This document shows positions 1 to 13,650 of a stretch of 64,000 nt of DNA, one piece after another; within the stretch, counting starts at the first letter, position 1, and every line of letters begins with the position of its first letter. The stretch spans positions 806,001-870,000 of the forward strand of contig NW_026250409.1 in the NCBI RefSeq assembly GCF_024521635.1, given 5' to 3'. Both the position numbers and the translations under genes were made by a program. The DNA is from Tricharina praecox. Taxonomy: Eukaryota. The notes beneath the pieces are model-generated. The model made no database searches. It had not been told where the DNA came from and saw nothing but the letters and a program-made list of their open reading frames with translations.

Positions 1-1262
1 AATGCGATCTCCGAACTCGTGTAACCAACGAAACACAGCTCGACCATCAGAATCTACACACATTATTCGCATTCTCCAGCGGTACAGCATAACATTCCTT
101 CCGTTATTTACTCGTAAGCTAATTCTTATGCTGTGGCGAGTCCGCGTGTGGCTGGCAGCCGGCGAAGCGGCGAGAGTTGTTAGAGTAGGCATGTGAGGCT
201 CGAAATGCCGGTGCTCCTTGTGTATTCACTGCAACTCGTAGATGTCTACAGTAGAGTACAACTCGATAGGCAAGCCGTCGCACTAGATTGGCAAGGAAGC
301 GCGCTAGTGTTCCGGATACATAAACTCCGGGAATGGTCATTCTGTTCGGCCCGAGGCGTCGCGAAGACGAAACGTAGAGTATGTAGCCTTTGCGGGTCGT
401 TGGGTGAGGCAACACCAGACCGGTCCGAATGCATCAGCATCCCCAGGCTCTTGATAAGGCAGCGGGGAATTGGGGATCGTCCGGCCATCAGCAATCTTTG
501 GCAGAACTGGCCGAGGAGAGATAATGCGAAACCGTCGAGATCTAACGGATACAAGGGCTGGATGCGATGAACTGTGCTCTCGCCGGTAGTTATCGAACAA
601 GCTGGCTATTGTATCTGTTGCAGTGCCGACGAAACTCTCGACAATTCCGACGAAGCTCTCGACAATCCTATAAGGCGAAGCTTCTGGACTGGTCCATCGA
701 CGAGTTCTGGATAACTGTGGACCCATCCGGTTCTTCACCCGCACGACAGCCCTCTCTCCCGGCGTCCTCACATTTGGCAGAGCGGTGTCGTTGGTTCGTT
801 GGACCGTGGTCCTATCGTGGTCCTGCCGAAACGTAGCCGTTGATGTTTGATTGATGGTTACTCTGTCGGGGGATGTCGTTGAGAGAAAAAGCAATGCAAC
901 CACCACCTCTGCTTGGCTGCATAACTTCCATATGCAGCCTTGGGAGAGAACCGACCCAAAAATACGCAGGAAGGAACTCTGTTTTCTAGAACTCCATGGA
1001 TAATGAAATGGCACGTACCCTAGAGCCGCTTTTCCCTGTAGCCCCACCAATTCGACCCCCCACCTCTCGTTCACTCACCCGTGAAAGCGCGTCATACCAA
1101 CAGATCACTCCAGACTTTCGGCAAACTTCCACAACCACAAGCAACAAGCGAGCTTGGAAATGACCGCCGTCAAACGCAAAATCTAATACCTTGCGTTGCA
1201 ACACCTCTTCTCACTCTACTAGTGTCCGTCTTTCCGTACCACAGCAGAAGCCAGCATTCCCG

Positions 1263-4200
1263 ATGGCCACCGCAATCACGCATCCAAATAGCTTGGACGA
1301 TGTTGTCACAGTGAGATCTAATATCCCATGGGAGTCTTGGGGCCAATGGTGTTCGCCTCTGCGGGATACAGTCACTGACACAATACCGATTGCATAGCTC
1401 ATCCATCGTCTCTTCCAACCCGGCTCGCCGGAAGAGCTTTCGCGAATACAAGATATCCTACAGGAGGTCCAGCGGTCACCCGAAGGCTGGCAGCTTGCGG
1501 ACCACTTACTGGAGCGGCAGGACCAGCATGTGCGGTTCTTTGGAGCCCTTACATTCACCGTCAAACTAAATTCCGATTGGTAGGTTCGTTCGTTCGGATA
1601 CTGGAAGTTTTGCGCCTGGCCGAGTGCTGATGGATAGTCACAGGGAATCGGTGTCAGAAGACGATGTCCCCGTGCTCTGCACAAGACTTATCGGCTGGCT
1701 CGTTCGAGTAGTCAACGAAGGCGCGCCGCCGCTCGTCATCAAAAAGCTCTGCTCTACACTGGTGGTCTTCTTTGTCCGCTTCGCAGAATCGTGGCCAAAC
1801 TGCGTTCGCCATGTTATCTGCTGCCTTGCGGCCGGCCGTGCAGGCCTCGAGAGAGAGTTTGTCGACATGCCCCCGTCGTCCCACCTGTTGGGCACCATGA
1901 ATCCGGCTGCGAAACTCGCTGCGCTCTGGTTCACAACAATATTGGTGGAAGAAGTTGGTAAGGTGGATACGAAAAATATCAAGAACCATCACTATTGCGT
2001 CAAGATCCAGGACAACGAGGCGGAGGCAGTAGTGCTGATCAAGAATGCCATCAACATGCCAAACGGCGCGGGAAACATTCCCGACAGCTTTGATCCGCGG
2101 ATTGTGGATGGCGGATTGAAGGCATTCCAGGTGAATACAGCTTTCTCTCTCTGTGCGCAAAGAAACATTCTGAATGAAGGTCTAGAGTTGGGTGTTATAC
2201 TCTCTGCGCGCATTTATAGACTTCCGTGTCGAATTCCCGCTGCTGCGGACACTCACACATACGGCCATACACTGGCTAGCTAGCGAAGACATGTTCGAGG
2301 CCGCATGCGACGTGGTCATTGACATCCTGTCACTCTCATTTTCTTTCTTGACGGCGGAAGACAAATTGACTCTAGCCAACATCCTCATCTCGCCGTGGGC
2401 AGTGGAACGCTACGAGTTACTGCTATCTGGCGATACTGATTGGGGATCCATCCAGTTTGCTCGACTACTGGTCACATTCGCCGAAGCAACGGTTCAGAAA
2501 CTGGCAAAGAGTCTAAACACCCCGCCCGGGAGGGCAATGATCGAGATGCTACACGGAATCCTGAATATTCCAGGGTACCCACAGGTGGAAGATGAAGTTT
2601 CCGGCAGTACCTTCGAGTTCTGGAGTAGTCTGGTGGAGTTTTTGGTCGATAATGAGGGGGAAGATGATTCGGACGAGCCGTGGATTGAGGATTGCCACAA
2701 GGAGGTCAAGCGCGCGGTCGAAGAGTTTTGGAAGAAAATACGCATCCCCAACATGCAGGAGTTGCAGACGTGGACGAAGGACCAAATGGAGGGATTCATG
2801 AGTTACCGCAAGGACGCAGCCGACTTTGTGGAATCAGCGTATGGCTTGCTTGGGCCGCCGCTGTTTCTGCAACTTGTCGATCAGGTCGTCAACGCACTCG
2901 CTCCGGGGGGCAGTGCTTCGTGGGAAGAGATCGAAGCTAGTCTGTTCTGTCTGAACGCCCTGAGTGATCTGCTTGGTGATGAACCATACGAGGATGTTTA
3001 CATGGAGCGGTTGTTTGGAAGCAATGTGTTTTCGATGCTGGTAGACCCCGGAGCCGAGATTCCGCTTAAGGCTCGAACGACATCGGTGAATTTGATAGGT
3101 ATATTATTTCTAGTAGCAAATAAGGCACACACAACTGACGATGTGCAGGTTCATATGCACCGTTCTTTGAGAGACAGCCAAGCTACCTTCCGCCAGCACT
3201 CAACTTCCTTTTCACGTGTCTCTCGACACCTGTTCTGGCTAGGAATGCCTCCAGATCGATATCTTCTCTCTGCTCTTCGTGCCGCAGCACGCTGACCGGC
3301 GAGCTATCAGCATTCCTCCGCCAGTATGAGATCTTCGCAGCCAGCCCTAACGCCGATGATCTCGCCAAAGAGAAAGTGCTTTGCGCGATCTCATACGTGA
3401 TCCAGGCCCTCCCTTCAGAGGAGCAAAAGTTCAGTCCGATATCAGAGCTCATGGGCTACGTGGAGAAGGATGCGGGGAAGTCTATAGTCCTCCTACGACA
3501 AGGCCAAGGTCAAGAGGAAGAAGCAAAAGAAACGGGCCTGCTGGCACTGCGCTGTCTAGTCTCCATAGGAAAGGGGCTACAAGCACCCGATGACCTCCCG
3601 GTCGACCTCAGCGAAGAGGAGGGTCCACAGCCACCATCCTTCTGGGAAGCCTCGTCCGGGGGCTCCCTCCAAGGAAAGATCATAAATCTGGTCCGGATGC
3701 TATGCAGCACCTTCAACGGTGACGGCGAAATGGTTGACGCCGCCTGTGCGGTCTTCAAAACCGGCTTCGCCGAGACAACGCCAGGGCTCTTCGTCTTCCC
3801 GCCAGAGAGAGTAACCGACTTCCTCCTGGAGCACTGTGCGCGAACGGAAACGATCCTGTCCACCGCAGGAACACTCATATCCTCGCACTCGACCTCTAGC
3901 AGCGCCGACATCGTCACGCAAGTGCTGCAGCTGCTCCAATTCATAATCAACCTCGTGCTCCGCATCGGTGACCCGCAAACGGAGCCGGAAATTGCGCAGA
4001 GCGTGGCCGATTTCATGTCGCGTCTCCTGCGCCGCTACGCCCACGTCCTCTGCTCCTACCAACCCCACGCCCACCTCGAAGCCCTCTTCGTGTTCACCCT
4101 GGACTCGCTCACCGTCCGCGAAGCCTTCGTCAAGAAGGCGGCCGCCGCCTTCTGGTCGGCGTTCCTGTCCCTCGCCTCGCCGGCCTCCGACGAGATCATT

Positions 4201-4568
4201 GCCGCCTGCGGGCCCACGCTCGCCACAAAGCTGTGCTGGGCGATTGGCGGCGGCTGCTCCCGCAGCGAGATCGAGGTTTTGGCGGAACCGCTGCGAAAGC
4301 TGGTCGCGCGCCAGGTGCGGTCGAAGATGTGGCTGACTGAAGCCTTGAAACCACAAGGGTTTCCGACCGAGAATGTCGGCGAGAGAGATAAGAGGCTGTT
4401 CGTTGAGAAGATCATGACGCTGCGCGGGAAGAGCGGGACGAATCAGGTCGCGAAGGAGTTTTGGCTTAGGGCTAGGGGGACCGAGTTTGCTTGTATGTTT
4501 GCTGCTCCCTTTTCCCAATGACTGAGATTGGGGATATCGCTAACCTTTAATGCGTAGATGCTTCGTGA
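1263..4568 (+). CDS. Importin-beta family karyopherin (importin-13/Kap122/KapN-like), 6 exons
   Basis: ATG at 1263 (MATAITHPNSLDDVVT), intron 1311-1397, then the importin N-terminal motif LQEVQRSPEGWQLADHLL...VRFFGALTFTVKLNSDW. HEAT-like ORFs 1624-2283, 2192-3295 and 3376-4521 (FEFWSSL, WEEIEASLFCLNAL) join through GT-AG introns. Last exon gives ...RGTEFAYAS* (TGA 4566-4568). Confidence 0.85.
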
Positions 4569-5271
4569 GTGAGTGAATGAATACCAGCTGCGTGCGGGAA
4601 ATGGAGCGCCAGGGGAGTTTAGGGTATGTCTTTTCTTCTTTTTTTCTTTTTTTTTTCTTGCAGTGTAGATTGGCAGCCATAACCGTCGTTTTTGTTCTCT
4701 TTCATCACTACATTGTATCTTCACGACTCCCTCATGAAACATCAATCAAGAAGTGTATCATACTAAAAAATTTCCTTCAAGAAGGTAATGTAGTGTACAT
4801 GCTCAAATTCCAGAAGAAAAGGAGAGAAAAAACACCCCACATGACTCCAGTGTTCATCAAAACGCAAATCCGTCCAATCCCCCCCGCCCCGTAGAAAACA
4901 AAATCAACCATTGTCCGTCCACAATCGTCCACAGAAAAAAATATCATAGTCCTCCCCTCCCCTCCCACGGACAGAAACTAGAAACCCCCAAAGTAAAAGT
5001 AAAGACCCAACAAGGTAGGTAAGAAGCTAGAAAGGAGTCAGAAGCAGGTATGGAAAGAGAAGAGAAAAGAAAAACGACTAGAAACTAGAAATCAGCATCA
5101 AAAAAAAGTCCACAAGAAACTGAACTGAAGGGAAAATCAGCATCACCACCGCAATGAAATCCGCAAACCAAGGAAAGCAAGCAAAAAATGCTCCCAGTCT
5201 GCACACTAACGTAAACGTACACCTCCACCAATGGTATTTTTCTTTCGTATATTCGTCCGTCCGTCCGGCCA

Positions 5272-7913
5272 TCATTTCGCCCCAAAGCTAACGGGAACCA
5301 TCCTGTTATCGCGATCGTCTCCGACATCTTCCAGGAGATGGATGTGTTCCTCGCGCAGCGAAACTCCACTGTCGTCTTGTGCCAGATCCTCGGTAGTATC
5401 CATGATGTCGCTCATGGCCGACGTCCTATCGCCTCCTTCTCGCGTGCATCCGTTCGTTGGCGAAGGCAGGGTGTTTTGGACGACTCCATGATTAAGGAAG
5501 CCGCCTCGCTCCGCTTGCCATCCCATCCACTCATCGATCCAGCAGCGGACGACCCACCAGCTGCCGAACGAGATCGCGCCGTTGGTGGTCAAATCCCGCA
5601 GAGCGGCCGAGGCGACTGCGCCGAGACACATGTTGAAGTACCGCGGAGACTTGGCGTCGAAGCGCTGAGGTAGTTTGGTCAGGAAGTTGGTCCATTTGTC
5701 CAAGACACTCTCCGTGGTCGCTCCGTCTTCGCCTCCGCTACCGCCTTCAAGGCCGAGAGCAGAGAGGCCTTCACTCGGGAAGTGTGGTGGCGTTGGCTGC
5801 AGCAGCGTGGAGATCTCCGTGCTCAGGATCTGCTTAATGAGTGGAGCATAGCAGGGTAATTCCCGGTTGATGATCATCTGAGGGTTGACGAACGAATGCC
5901 AATCCTTAATCATCTGCTCACGGTCCGGTGGGTTTCCAAGGAATCTTGCTGCGGCATGCGCAGCATCGTTGACCCTCAGGAGACGGTCCAGCAGTGTCGC
6001 AAATATAGTGGCTGGAGCCAACTTTGCTTGGATCACGTGCTGGGAGCAGGCCGAGAAGGTGGCCGAGATGTGGAGAGCAAGATTGGTGGACAACTGACGC
6101 AAAGCCGACAAAACAAACGAGGGCACAACTTGCAGCGCCAGCGGCGAGAGGAGCCGGATCATTTCCTAAATCTTTGTGAGCAGGAATGACAGCGAAACTT
6201 CCATTATATGTACCTTGTACATGGCCCAATCGGCTTCCCGGATCCAAGGGGCCAGCGAAGGCGCGGCCAACAGCTTTTGGACCGGTACCGTCAATGTACC
6301 ATGGAATGAGACGAACAACTGGTGGAATTGCTTCAAGCGCATGTATCGGACACATTCCACCAGCGAAGTGCAGTGCGAACGATATATGGCTGTCAAAGTG
6401 GCAGCAACATCTCGGTCGGTTCCCAAAGGAAGGTATGGACTGATTGCGGGAATGTGAAACATGTCTTGCGGGGACGTGAGGCTATCAAAATCATCGTGGC
6501 GCAAAAAATAAAGGTCCTCACGCATGAAATTCGACAACGGTGTTTCCTGTGGAGGCTTGGGGGGTGTAGCTGGAGGGCCGAAAGTACCGATGGGAGCGGT
6601 CGTGCGGTTACCGATGCGGTTACTGGAACTATGTCGATGCAGAGTCAGCAAGTGGTGCCGAAGGGATGTAGAGGGATAAAGACTTGCACATGATCATCCC
6701 CAGCCGCATGCGCGGGTGGTTCCGATCCCGAAGCGGAACCTGGACCGTGGGAAGCATTGGGGGATGAGTGTTCTCCGGAAAGTCGAATACCACAATAGTG
6801 GTACTTGGACTGGCCCCGGACACCGAGCCGGCGAGTCTTAATCTCCGGATACAGCAGTCGAACCAACTTGCCAAAAGACGCTGGGTTCAAGGGCTTGATC
6901 TTCTCATTGGCGCATACCGTGACATAGCGCGCGTACACGCGGTTACGAGGGACTGCAACAGAAGTGTCGGGGACCCTCTCGCAGTGGTGCATCAACCTAA
7001 AGTCGGTCGGTCAGTCGAGTGAACATCTACCATAGCGGTGGTCAACATACCAACCAAGACCGTAAACCTGTCTGGTCTTTTCGGCGGAAGGTGAGTTTTC
7101 CTCATTTCTTACTCGACGAGCCAGTTCGCTCAGTTCGACATTGGAATTTTCGTTGGCTAGACGACGAAGTTCGGCATCATTGTCTTCGGCACTCGAGGAG
7201 GACCTCTTTTTGGGCCGACCACTACTATTGCCAGCAGCAGGTTCGTCATCAGCCGCAATGGCTACATCATCTTCGGCAGCTTCCTCTTCCTCTTCCAGAA
7301 CTGGTGCATCCTGCAACTGAGGCAGATCCTCTATTGCCGGGGGTGACGATGGGACTTCGACATCAGAAGGCTTGAAGGGCCTGTATTCGGCAGGCGCCGG
7401 AGATGCACTGCCCAAAGCCGGATCGATAGGGAATCCAGGTGGAGGAGCGAATTTCGGACGATCAGGCAAGGAGTCTTCAATGGCAGCCGATGGCGGTGTT
7501 GCTGGTTTCGGGTCGGCGGAGACTTGTTGTTGTGTCAGGGCCAACAAGGAGGGGTCAGTGGTCGGGTGACTCTCCGGTGAGTACTGAGCGACGGAGTTGG
7601 GACGGTTGTTCTTGTTCTTGGTTGGAGTCGAGATCGATATGACTGAGCGAGAACGTGACCGTTGCTGTGGCTCTCGCTTTGTTGCTATGGGAGGTGAGCT
7701 TCAGGTTGCTTCAACTCAACAACGGTTGCATCCATCGCAACCATATACACGCACACGCACACACGCAGCACACGCAACACACACAGTATCCACTCTCCAC
7801 CTTTCTCATTCATTCTTTTCCCCCCGTTCTTCCTCGTGAAGACCAAATAATGATAGAGATCAATTAATTTACGTACCTTTTGACGGCGTTACAGGGGGCG
7901 GAGCTTCATTCAT
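5272..7913 (-). CDS. RFX1: RFX-family winged-helix transcription factor (Sak1/Crt1/CPCR1-like), 5 exons
   Basis: RFX DNA-binding domain VPRNRVYARYVTVCANEKIKPLNPASFGKLVRLLYPEIKTRRLGVRGQSKYHYCGI (ORF 6645-6995) and C-terminal domain (YRSHCTSL; ALRDLT..GAISFGSWW). Predicted exon 1 MNEAPPPVTPSK (ATG 7913), intron 7685-7876. Confidence 0.9.
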
Positions 7914-8360
7914 GGCTGTTGTGGTTGCCGTCGCTGTTGTCGCGTCGTTGTTATTGTCGCGAGGTCGAGTAGCGAGGCCAGCGACGGAGAGTCCAGTCGA
8001 GCGGCGGCGTTGGTTTGTTCGACTCAGGACGAAGAAGAGTCGATGGGTCGAACGAGAGTGAGAGATACGTAAACAACCTCCACCGAAAGCAGACCGAACA
8101 ACACCACTAGATTCTCTGTATTCTGATTCGGTCTGAGCCTTCACAGGGTTTTTTTGAGGGGGCTTTTTTATTCTTTTTTCTCTCTCGCTCACGTTTTCGC
8201 GTCGGAACCGGTCTTCGCTTTAATTTTTGCTCGAAGAAGTATGAACCGCGCGCCTGTCGTCTTTTCTCTCTTTCTCTTTCTGTGTCCGTTTCTCGACGGC
8301 GGAGTTGAGTGGAGAGTGTTCCGTCGGATTGGTGTTGGCGCTGTTTTCGCTGGTGATCGA

Positions 8361-8452
8361 GTTGCGGAGGCAACCAGCGGCGTGCGGGTCAAGGGGGTTT
8401 GTGTTGTGGTTTAGGTTGGGAGCGACCCGCTGGGGAAGGATGTGATGGCAAC
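8361..8452. promoter_or_regulatory. X-box-like (RFX binding) sites upstream of the RFX gene
   Basis: GTTGCGGAGGCAAC (8361-8374) matches the palindrome GTTGCCATGGCAAC at 11/14 positions. Partial site ATGGCAAC at 8445-8452. Confidence 0.4.
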
Positions 8453-10042
8453 GCCGGAACAGAGCCGCATCATGTGATCGTGACGAGAAGGCCCTATGGA
8501 GCCAAGAAGAGCCTCCATTCGAGGGAAACCAACAGATGAAGATACTCCGCCCAGCGGAAGAATCACCGTCTGCAACAGACCTGGCTAGGGGATGGTTTCA
8601 ACATTACTCAAACATGTAAAATCACTCCAATGTCACGGGGGGTGATTCGATGCTCAACTCCAATCGCTAGGGACTCGGACGTCGACTCGAAGGGGAAGAG
8701 TCGGGTATAGGGCTGCCATGGTCCATTCAGGCTGTATCAACTATAGGTAAGTTGATGTTCTCTCCCTCCCGACCTGAGAGTCAATTAGAATAGAGTGCCG
8801 GATGTCCAGTGTGTATACTGATAGTAACTGCTGTCCGACCTCAGGCCGGGATTCGGCCTAGATGAATTCTGGTGAGATGCCGAGCAAGCCACAGAACGCG
8901 ACGCGCTATGTATCTACCCACCCGTGGGCCAGTCTGATCCCATCCGCCTGCTTAGCTACTTCTTGCAGCTGGCCGTCAACTCGAGAGGACACCAGCTCAT
9001 GCTACGTTCATCCTGAAGACAAGGTCCTCGGTGGACTCGCTAACCCTCGACCTCATCTCGGGCTCTTTCCTGCTTCTTGGTGACCGAGTAGTTGCGAGCT
9101 GAAGATTATGACGTTACTCCTTCATCCCCGGCACCATTGGCACATGTAGTATGTACCCCGCTTACATAACCCGAATGGAATTAAACGGTATCTCAACTCC
9201 TCACGCCTCACGGGCCAAGGCCCAAACAGAAGGTGACAAGTCTATAAACGAACTGGCATGACTATAATTAGCACACCCGCAAGTGGGGGTTTCAACTTTC
9301 ATCCACGCGAGCAAGCGTCGCTGCGTCGTCCGTCTGTTTTGCGGCGGACAGAGATCTCTGGGTAAACAGGGTCACGAGATATGACATCGATGCTTCGGAT
9401 CCTTCACGAAAGCACACGCAGACGCACACACGCACAGCCACGCCCACTCACACCAGATATCCCATCAAGGAGAATGAAGGCCAGCCTCTTGCACATGCGT
9501 GTGCGTGTGCGTGTGGAGTCCGGAGATCAGATCCTCAGCCGCGGCGGCAGGGAAACAAACCGAGTTTCGACCCATCGCCGCCATCGATGCGGTGCTGACG
9601 TAGCGCCGATACCGTAGAGTGGCAGCAGCAGGCAGGTCTATCTGGAGTGAGTAAAGTCCTGCCAAGCCCCCTCGACACTGCGGCCTTTCTCCCCTCTGCC
9701 TCGTCGCTCCGCCAATTGCCAACCCGGATCAGGATTTGAGCTTTTTTCTACTTACACATCCACGTCAATTCTGCAGCACAAAAAGTCAACAAATCCTTCC
9801 TTCCATCGGCATCTATTCTATCCCCCCCTTCCCCAATCAAGCCAACCGTTCAAAACTCCACCAGCCCCCTCCAAAAGTCTACCACACACGCAACATACAA
9901 GTCGAACCAACCAACCACTCCACAACCTTCAACTGCCACCTACACATCTTCAATATATCCCAAAGACTTCCTCCTGTCTTCTTCTAAATCTTCTACCAAC
10001 ACCCTCATTCTCACCCTCACACATAACCCACCAACCTACACG

Positions 10043-10891
10043 ATGTCGTACCAGGATAAGGCGCAGAATATGGTCTCCCAGCTCGACAAAGAGGTAAGCA
10101 AAAAAGAAAAAACCGTCGTCGTCGTCGCTGGTGCTTTATCGAATTTTTCGTACTGATTCGTGGGTCGGAAACAACAGCTCTCCAAATACCCCGCTCTCAA
10201 CAACCTCGAGAAGCAGACTGGTATGTGTCCTTTTCCCTGCTCCTTGCTTCCCCCCGACCGATAGCGATAGTAGCGACAATGCTGACATCCAACAGGTGTC
10301 CCTAAAGTATACGTCGTCGGAGGAGTCAGTTTCTTCTACTTCTTCCTGATCTTCCTCAATTATGGCGGACAATTCTTCACCAACCTCGCTGGATTCGTTA
10401 TCCCCGGCTACTACTCCTTCAACGCTCTGTTCACCGTGTCTAGAACCGATGACGCTCAATGGCTTACGTATGTTGTGTCCCTCGGCATTGTGTAACCATC
10501 ATTTCGTGCCTTTTACTGACCACAATGGGGTGCGACAACAGGTACTGGATCGTTTTCGCGTTCCTCAGCTTGATTGAGTCCGCGGTCTCCGTCACTTACT
10601 GGCTTCCCTTCTACTACGCCTTCAAGTTCGTCCTCGTCCTCTGGTTGGGACTTCCCCAGTTCAGGTATGTGTTGCCATCTCCGTGTATGGTGTCATCGTT
10701 GACATCATCCCGCGATTTTTTGCCGATCTTGATCGCTAACCCTGGTTGTTTTTGCGTGTTTTAGCGGTGCTCAGGTGGTCTTCACTTCGTTCCTCAAGCC
10801 TCTGCTCGCCAAGCAGTTCAGCTCCGCCCACTCTGCCTCTGCCGGTCTCCGTGCTAAGGTTGACTCCCTCGGTGGTGACAAGAGCTTGTAA
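10043..10891 (+). CDS. YOP1: ER membrane-shaping protein Yop1 (TB2/DP1/HVA22 family), 5 exons
   Basis: Spliced: MSYQDKAQNMVSQLDKE|LSKYPALNNLEKQT|GVPKVY...DDAQWLT|YWIVFAFLSLIES...WLPFYYAFK...LWLGLPQF|SGAQVVF...GGDKSL*. Four canonical introns. Confidence 0.95.
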
Positions 10892-11352
10892 ACTGCTTCC
10901 GCTGCCGTCACGTTTAAAGTTTCGACGAGTCGAAGTTTGAAGTTGTAGTAGTGGTAGTGTGTGTGCGTGCAAGGGCGTAAAGGGAAATCGGATTTCATTT
11001 GTGACGAAGGGATTCCTAGTTTTCCTTCGGGTTGTCTTTTTTCTTTATTTCCGTTGGCCTGTACCTGCATTGAATAGCGAATATACAGAACACCGGCTGT
11101 CTGGAGACTGACGCACCATGGGGAGAGGTTGAGATATATCGTAGATGTCTACAAGTGAGATAAATGGAGAATAGGTATAAAGCTACAGACACAAATCGGA
11201 AAAAAAGAAAGAAGAAAATGTAACGGCCCCAAAACAAGAAGAAAAAGGAAACATGCAATAGTAATATTTTAGGTTCAACGCCGGAACACCGCAATCATGA
11301 ATCTATCCCCGCTCATTATCTGTCCCTCCCCGTTCCCTTCCACCGCGCCATC

Positions 11353-11981
11353 TCAGAAGATGCCCATCCGTGTTCCCCACGTCTCTCCCTTCGGCAGCAG
11401 CGCTATCGTGTACGGAAACGGGTTCGCATCGTTTGTCGTGATCGGCGGAACATGATTCTTCTCCGCACTCGCCACGGCGATGATCTTGAGTATCGTAGCC
11501 TGCAGCTGATCCTCGATCTGTCTCCTTGCGTGGGCCCTCTCTGTACGTCGGGCATTCCAGTCAGTCTCGGTCGGCCAACCCATTCTCGTCGCGGCGCCGC
11601 CAGCGCAGCTCTCAAAAAGGATCACATACCAGCCTCGGTCCTGGGCGCGACAAGCGTGATATTGATGACCCACTGTTCCCAGCAGACCTTTTCCTCTTTT
11701 GCAAACCAGGAAGCCTTACGCGCCTTCTTCTCGTAGAAGCAGACGGCGACCTGTGGCGGCGCGGTGTCGCCCTCGAGCGTCCGCAGCCGGCTCTCGATCA
11801 CAGTGTCGAGCGCCGGATCGTTGAAGCTCGGCAACGTTATGTCTAACAGGTCCCGCGTAAACGGCCGGAATGACGAGAAAAACCGGTGGAAGAAGATCGT
11901 GTGCAGGATCCCCCGCAGAAGGTCTGGCAGGTGCGACGAGTCCGAGAGCAAAGCGAGCGTGAACACTGGCGGCGGATCCAT
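11353..11981 (-). CDS. ATG101: Autophagy protein Atg101 (DUF1649), 2 exons
   Basis: LRGILHTIFFHRFF, FYEKKARKASWF..EEKVCWEQW and HVPPITTNDANPFPY motifs. One GT-AG intron joins ORFs 11622-11981 and 11353-11673. Ends WGTRMGIF*. Confidence 0.9.
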
Positions 11982-13650
11982 GAATGGAATGTGTGTCGGG
12001 GCGGGGAGTCGGATGTTCGCCGGGTTCGCGGAGGGATCACGGGTGTTGCGAGCGGCGGCGGGCGTGCGGAGTTTGATTGGTGCGAGCCCGGTTATTTGTT
12101 CAAGGATCTCGGACGGTTCGTGCGATGTGTATGTAGATGCCGTGTATTGTGGTAGAGGAATGAGGTGATGAGGTTCGGGAGAGGAGGAGCAGGAGCAAGA
12201 GCAAGAGGAGGAGGAGGAGGGGTAGCGTTCCTTCTATCAACCTATATGGGCGTACGTAACTGGACCTCCCCGCGCCTGCCCCCTGTTCAGGGAGGATGTG
12301 CCGTTGCTACCCATGATCTCGTGTTCTCACGGCCACCTTTTTTTTCTATCTTTCAACCAAGCTGCTACAGTACTTTTACGATCAAGAGCGATTTTTCCTC
12401 TCTCTCAGGCACAGACAGATGCACGCGGTAACTGGATGCACACAGGGAAAATTTGAATTTTTCAGAGCTTATGTGCGGCCTGCGGGCGGCCCTGAAGAGA
12501 TGAGAAGCAAGCTTAGGGGTTAGAGTGCGGAAGGGAGGTTAGTGCAGCCGATAAGCGGGGAAGGGGAAGTGTGGTCTGGGGTTGCATGGAGTGGGGCTCT
12601 GCTGGAGGGTGGGTATGTGGATAGATAGAGTAGATGTGCATACTTCGATAGGGCTGGAGAAAGGGCGAAAACCCTGGAGGGGATGAAGATATTTGCACCA
12701 TGGGAATTTGGATAAAAATGTGGTTTGTGTGGCTTCGCTCAGGCCTTCTGTGGGTAGAATCAGGTTCGAAAGCTCGGGCGGTGGAGGTATGCATGTATTT
12801 GGTTCTGCATCGCGGATCGGGGATCTTCCGGATGTAGGACTGTTGACCGTGGGCTCTGACTGTCAGCACGAGACGCACGCTACCACACGACGAGGAGTCG
12901 GCAGAAAGGCGGGGAAAGCGGGATTGTTTTACTACGGACGGGCTGTCGGCCCAGTCCGGTTGTGAAACCAGGTGGTGTACGGTTCGGGCCGAGTGTTCGT
13001 TTGGTGATCAGGCTGGCTGGTTCGGCATCGCGATAATGGCGTGAGGATCATGCCGGAAAGTTCGCATCAACCAAATATTCCAGCCGGACAAAATAGATGC
13101 AATCGTCTTGGAATACTATCCAATTTACGAGGCACCCGAGATGGTTAGACGACGGGCTGGACTGTCACATGTCTGTCGCGTTGCTGGTAGCAGTGGCCAC
13201 ACCTTCAATTGACGATATCGATCAAGGTGATACTAGCTATAGACGCTGACGGCACGCGTGTAGAGTATTCTCGAGGCAGACGGGAGTCAAGCCTAAGGTG
13301 AGCGTTTCTTGCCGAGCGACTGTGGGGAAAGTAAAGCCACAGTTAACGTTGGTTGCGGTCATGGCAGAGATGCAGCCGAGAAGCCATCGTACCGAGGAAG
13401 AGCGAACCAGCGCCTCTGCTCGTGCGAGCCAGTCGAGTCCGTATCTAGCTGAGAGCGAGTCACCACCAGAGACATCTCAGCTCCAATCAACACCTTCGAC
13501 AGCAACTCGTCCACAATCTCCCTCTCTGGCCCTCCGAAGCACCATGCCATCGTGTTCCTGACCATCACAACCACCTCCCATCGTTAGCAGCAAATCACCG
13601 ATCGAATCGAATCTCAATTGTCACCCAGCCATCGCGTCGAAGCCGCCACC

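Noticed and set aside
337..1074. 245-aa minus-strand ORF with a 21-bp duplication (IVESFVG x2)
   Set aside because: No recognisable motif and no convincing exon structure. It could be UTR or promoter of a gene outside the window.
12513..12523. CTAACCCCTAA on minus, resembling a telomerase RNA template
   Set aside because: It would encode TTAGGGG rather than TTAGGG, lies only about 530 nt before ATG101 (too little room for a typical filamentous-fungal TER), and is explained equally well as a CTAAC branch point.
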